Source: Malacoraja senta (lineage: Eukaryota). From it: a stretch of 64,000 bases of DNA. Every line of letters starts with the position of its first letter. Within the stretch, counting starts at the first letter, position 1. The notes beneath the pieces were generated by a model. The model was not told the origin of the DNA, searched no databases, and was given only the letters and a program-made list of their open reading frames with translations. Below, piece after piece: positions 61,006 to 64,000 of this stretch. The stretch covers positions 744,001 to 808,000 of the forward strand of contig CM075994.1 of assembly GCA_038087875.1 (NCBI GenBank), in the 5' to 3' direction. The position numbers and the translations under genes were made by a program.

Positions 61006-63147
61006 CCTCTGGTGAAAGGAGGCGCTCTATGAATGGGGTGCTTTGGAAACGGAAGGATTTATACGTGAGCAGATGGTCTCTTGCGACATCCATGTCATTA
61101 GCCAGAGCAAATATTCAACGCAAGGGTTCGAAAACCAGCACTAATGAGATCTAATGATCCTCAGAGATAACATTGCACTCACAACCATAGTCATTACATC
61201 ACTAGTTTAGTTTAGTTAGTGTGCTGTAGTTAATTTAATTTAGTTAGTTTGCTTTAGTTAGTTTACTTTAGTGTATTAGTTTGCTTTAATTAGTTATGTT
61301 ATCATTAATCTGGTTTAGTTTTGTTTTGTTCCATTTCATTATGTTTCGTTTAATTTAATTTAGCCAAGTTAGTTTAGTTTAATTTAGTTTAGTTTAATTT
61401 AGTTTAGTTTAGGCTATTCTAGTCGAGTATAGGTTAGTTTTGATTCATTTATTTTAGGTTAGTTGAGTGATAAAGCTCGGAAACTTGATCTGAAACTTGA
61501 TCTGAAAAGGCACATCATCACATTCAGGCACAGTTTCTTCCAGGCTGTTATCAGGCAATTGATACACCCTACCATAACCAGAGAGCAGTCCTGAACTACT
61601 ATCTACCCTTTTGGTGACCCTTGGTCTATTCTCTAGCAGATTTCGATGTCCGGAAGTGGCGGCGCTGCCCAAGCAGCTGCGGCTCACCTGCAATCCGTTT
61701 GTCTTTTCTTTGTTTTTGTTTCTTTTGTCCTGTTGTTTAGTTTATTTCGTTTATTTTAGTTGTGTATGTATGGGGGGGAATGGGAGAAATTGTCTTTAGT
61801 CTCCTCAATCGGGGGGTGCGACCTTTTCTTGTCGTATCCCCCGTCTCCGTCTGCGCTGAGGCCTAATCGCGGAGCTGGCGGCCTCCAACTGGGACCGACC
61901 TCGAGGCTCCGGAGGCAGAGCCAGGACTTACCATCGCGAGGCTGGCCGACTTCCGGGCTGTGGTGGCGGCGACCCGACTTCGGAGCCTCGGAGGCTCGGC
62001 CGCAGGCCAAGTGGACGACAACGTCGGGAGCTCGCAGGTCCCAGGTTGGTGACCGATTCTCCGGAGCTCCCGCAACAACAGCTTCGTCCGTTGGACTGGT
62101 GGGTGGCAGCTTCGGCAGCTTCGACCGCCCCGGGCCACGGAGTTTGAACCAGCCCGTTCGCGGAGCTCGGATGCAGCCGCTGGGAGGCCCAACACCGGAA
62201 GCCTAGATCGCCTCAACGTAGAGGGAGACAAGGACTTTAAGTCTTTTGCCTTCCATCTCAATGAGTAGGTGCCTGGTAGACTCACTGTGGTGGATGTTAA
62301 ATTGTGTTAACTGTGTGTTTTATTATTTTATTCTATGTTATGACTGCAAGGTATACAATTTCGCTCAGACTGAAATGTCTAAATGACAATAAAGGATACT
62401 AAAATTGCTTCAACTTAAGACGGTTAAGACAGACTGAGCGGAGTTGTTCAACAAAACGATCGCCGAGCCTGCGCTTGGTCTCGCCGATGTGCGGAGGTTC
62501 ACACCTGGGACAGCGGATACAGTAGATGAGGTTGTAGGAGATGCAAGTGAACCTTTGCCTCACCTGAAAAGACTGTCGGGGCGAGGAGGTGCAAATGCAG
62601 TTGAGGCAGAGGTTGACTGGCATCTCCTCCAACATCATCTACAGGGCCGAGGTTAGATTCCGACTATGGGTGCTGTCTGTAAGTTCTCCCCTTGACCTGC
62701 GTCAGAGATGTTCGGTTTCCTCCCACACTCCAAAGACGTACAGGTAGATAGGTTAATTGGCTTCGTAGAAATGTAAATTATCCCTGGTGTGTGCGGGATC
62801 GTGTTAACGTGCGGGGATCGTTGGTCGGCGCGGACTCGGTGGGCCGAAGGGCCTGTTCCACGCTGCATCTCTAAACTAAACTAAACTAAACGAAGCTAAA
62901 ACTAAAAGTTAGTGAGGCCAAATGTATTAATGGCAAGTCTGTATGTATTGGATGTATAATGGTAATAACAGCGAGCATGCCAAATGGTCTGCCTATCGTC
63001 TTCTGAAACATCAAGGAGCGGAGTTCAAAGGTAGGGAACATGAATAGGTTAACAACAGGTACTAACTGGCACCTTGTTTTAATTTATTGATGAATTGTAC
63101 ACCTTCAATAGCTTTTGGGATATCCACATGACTCCGTGTGTTCTCTA

Positions 63148-63748
63148 GTCATAACAAGAGGAGTCGTGTATATGAGCAAAGAGGTCCTTCTGCAGTGGTA
63201 CAGGGCATTAGTGAGACGACACCTGGAGTATTGTGAGCAGTTTTGGTCCCCTTATTTGAGGAAGGAAATTCTTGCTATTGAGGGCGTGCAGCGTAGGTAT
63301 ACAAGGTTAATTCCCGGGATGGCGGGACTGTCATATGCTGAGAGAATGGTACGGCTGGGCTTGTATACTCTGGAATTTAGATGAAAGGGGATCTTATTGA
63401 ATCATATAAGATTATTAAGGGTTTGGACATGCCAGAGGCAGGACACATGTTGGGGGAGTCCAGAACCAGGGGCCACAGTTTAAGACTGAGGGGTAAGTCA
63501 TTTAGAACGGAGATGAGAAAACACCTTTTCACACAGAGAGCTGTGATTCTGTGGAATTCTCTGCCTGTGGAGGCTGGTTCTCTGGATACTGTCAAGTGAA
63601 AGACAGATCGGGCTCTTAAAGATAGTGGAGTCAGGGGATATGGTGAGAAGGCAGGAACGGAGTACTGATTGGGGATGATCAGCCATGGTCACATTGAATG
63701 GCGGTGCTAGTTCGACGGGCCGAATGGCCCACTCCTGCGTCTATTCTC
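63148..63748 (+). mobile_element. CR1 3' fragment (unit copy)
   Basis: Paralog of 3410-4010. Confidence 0.87.
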
Positions 63749-63894
63749 TATAGAAACATTGAAATAATATTCCATTTCGTGTCCCGTTGTGAAACAGTGA
63801 ATTCAGTGACTGCAGTTTATGTTATTTACTCCGTGCAGACGAGATTTCTCCCCGCTTCGAATGGACCCAATGAGAACAAAGTTTGTAAAGAACA

Positions 63895-64000
63895 AATGGC
63901 TCAATGGTTCATTGGTTCAATGACTCTATGGTTCAACGATTCAATGGCTCAATGGTTCAATGGCTTAATGGCTAAATGGCTCAATTGCTCTATGGTTCAA
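63895..64000. repeat. Octamer minisatellite, start of the next unit's copy
   Basis: Read directly from the sequence. Confidence 0.93.

Larger units (their letters stand above)
1..64000. repeat. Head-to-tail tandem segmental array, unit ~11.1-11.8 kb, one GPCR gene per unit (5 complete genes plus partial flanking units)
   Basis: GPCR stop codons recur at 11321, 22891, 34412, 45484 and 57278. The same order of TE relics, minisatellite and AT-rich tract recurs in every unit with near-identical sequence. Confidence 0.97.

Overview
Vertebrate DNA, most likely from a cartilaginous fish such as a skate or ray (inferred from HE1-type SINEs, CR1 LINEs and Penelope fragments). The whole window is a head-to-tail array of ~11-11.8 kb units. 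Five units carry a complete minus-strand, three-exon class A GPCR gene of the GPR139/GPR142-like group (329 aa; exons 64+136+790 nt). The ORF track misses this gene because exon 1 is tiny. Copies A (11321-14850), B (22891-26603) and E (57278-61005) are intact. Copy C has a 19-bp deletion removing the DRF motif, and copy D has a TAC>TAA stop at codon 68. Each unit also holds an octamer minisatellite, CR1, Penelope and SINE relics, a GC-rich unclassified repeat and a (TTTAG)n tract. A ~3 kb Rex1/Babar LINE sits ~140 bp upstream of the TATA box at five of six visible sites; copy E shows the empty site. One minisatellite contains a young, full-length CR1 LINE (5509-10500) with a 9-bp TSD, 91-bp 5' monomers and intact ORF1 and ORF2. 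Its ORF1/ORF2 junction carries a correctly phased U_UUA_AAC -1 slippery site. Main leads: birth-and-death evolution of the receptor array with variation concentrated in ECL2/TM5, possible -1 frameshifting in a vertebrate LINE, a probably TE-derived gained intron, and Penelope-type minimal hammerhead motifs.
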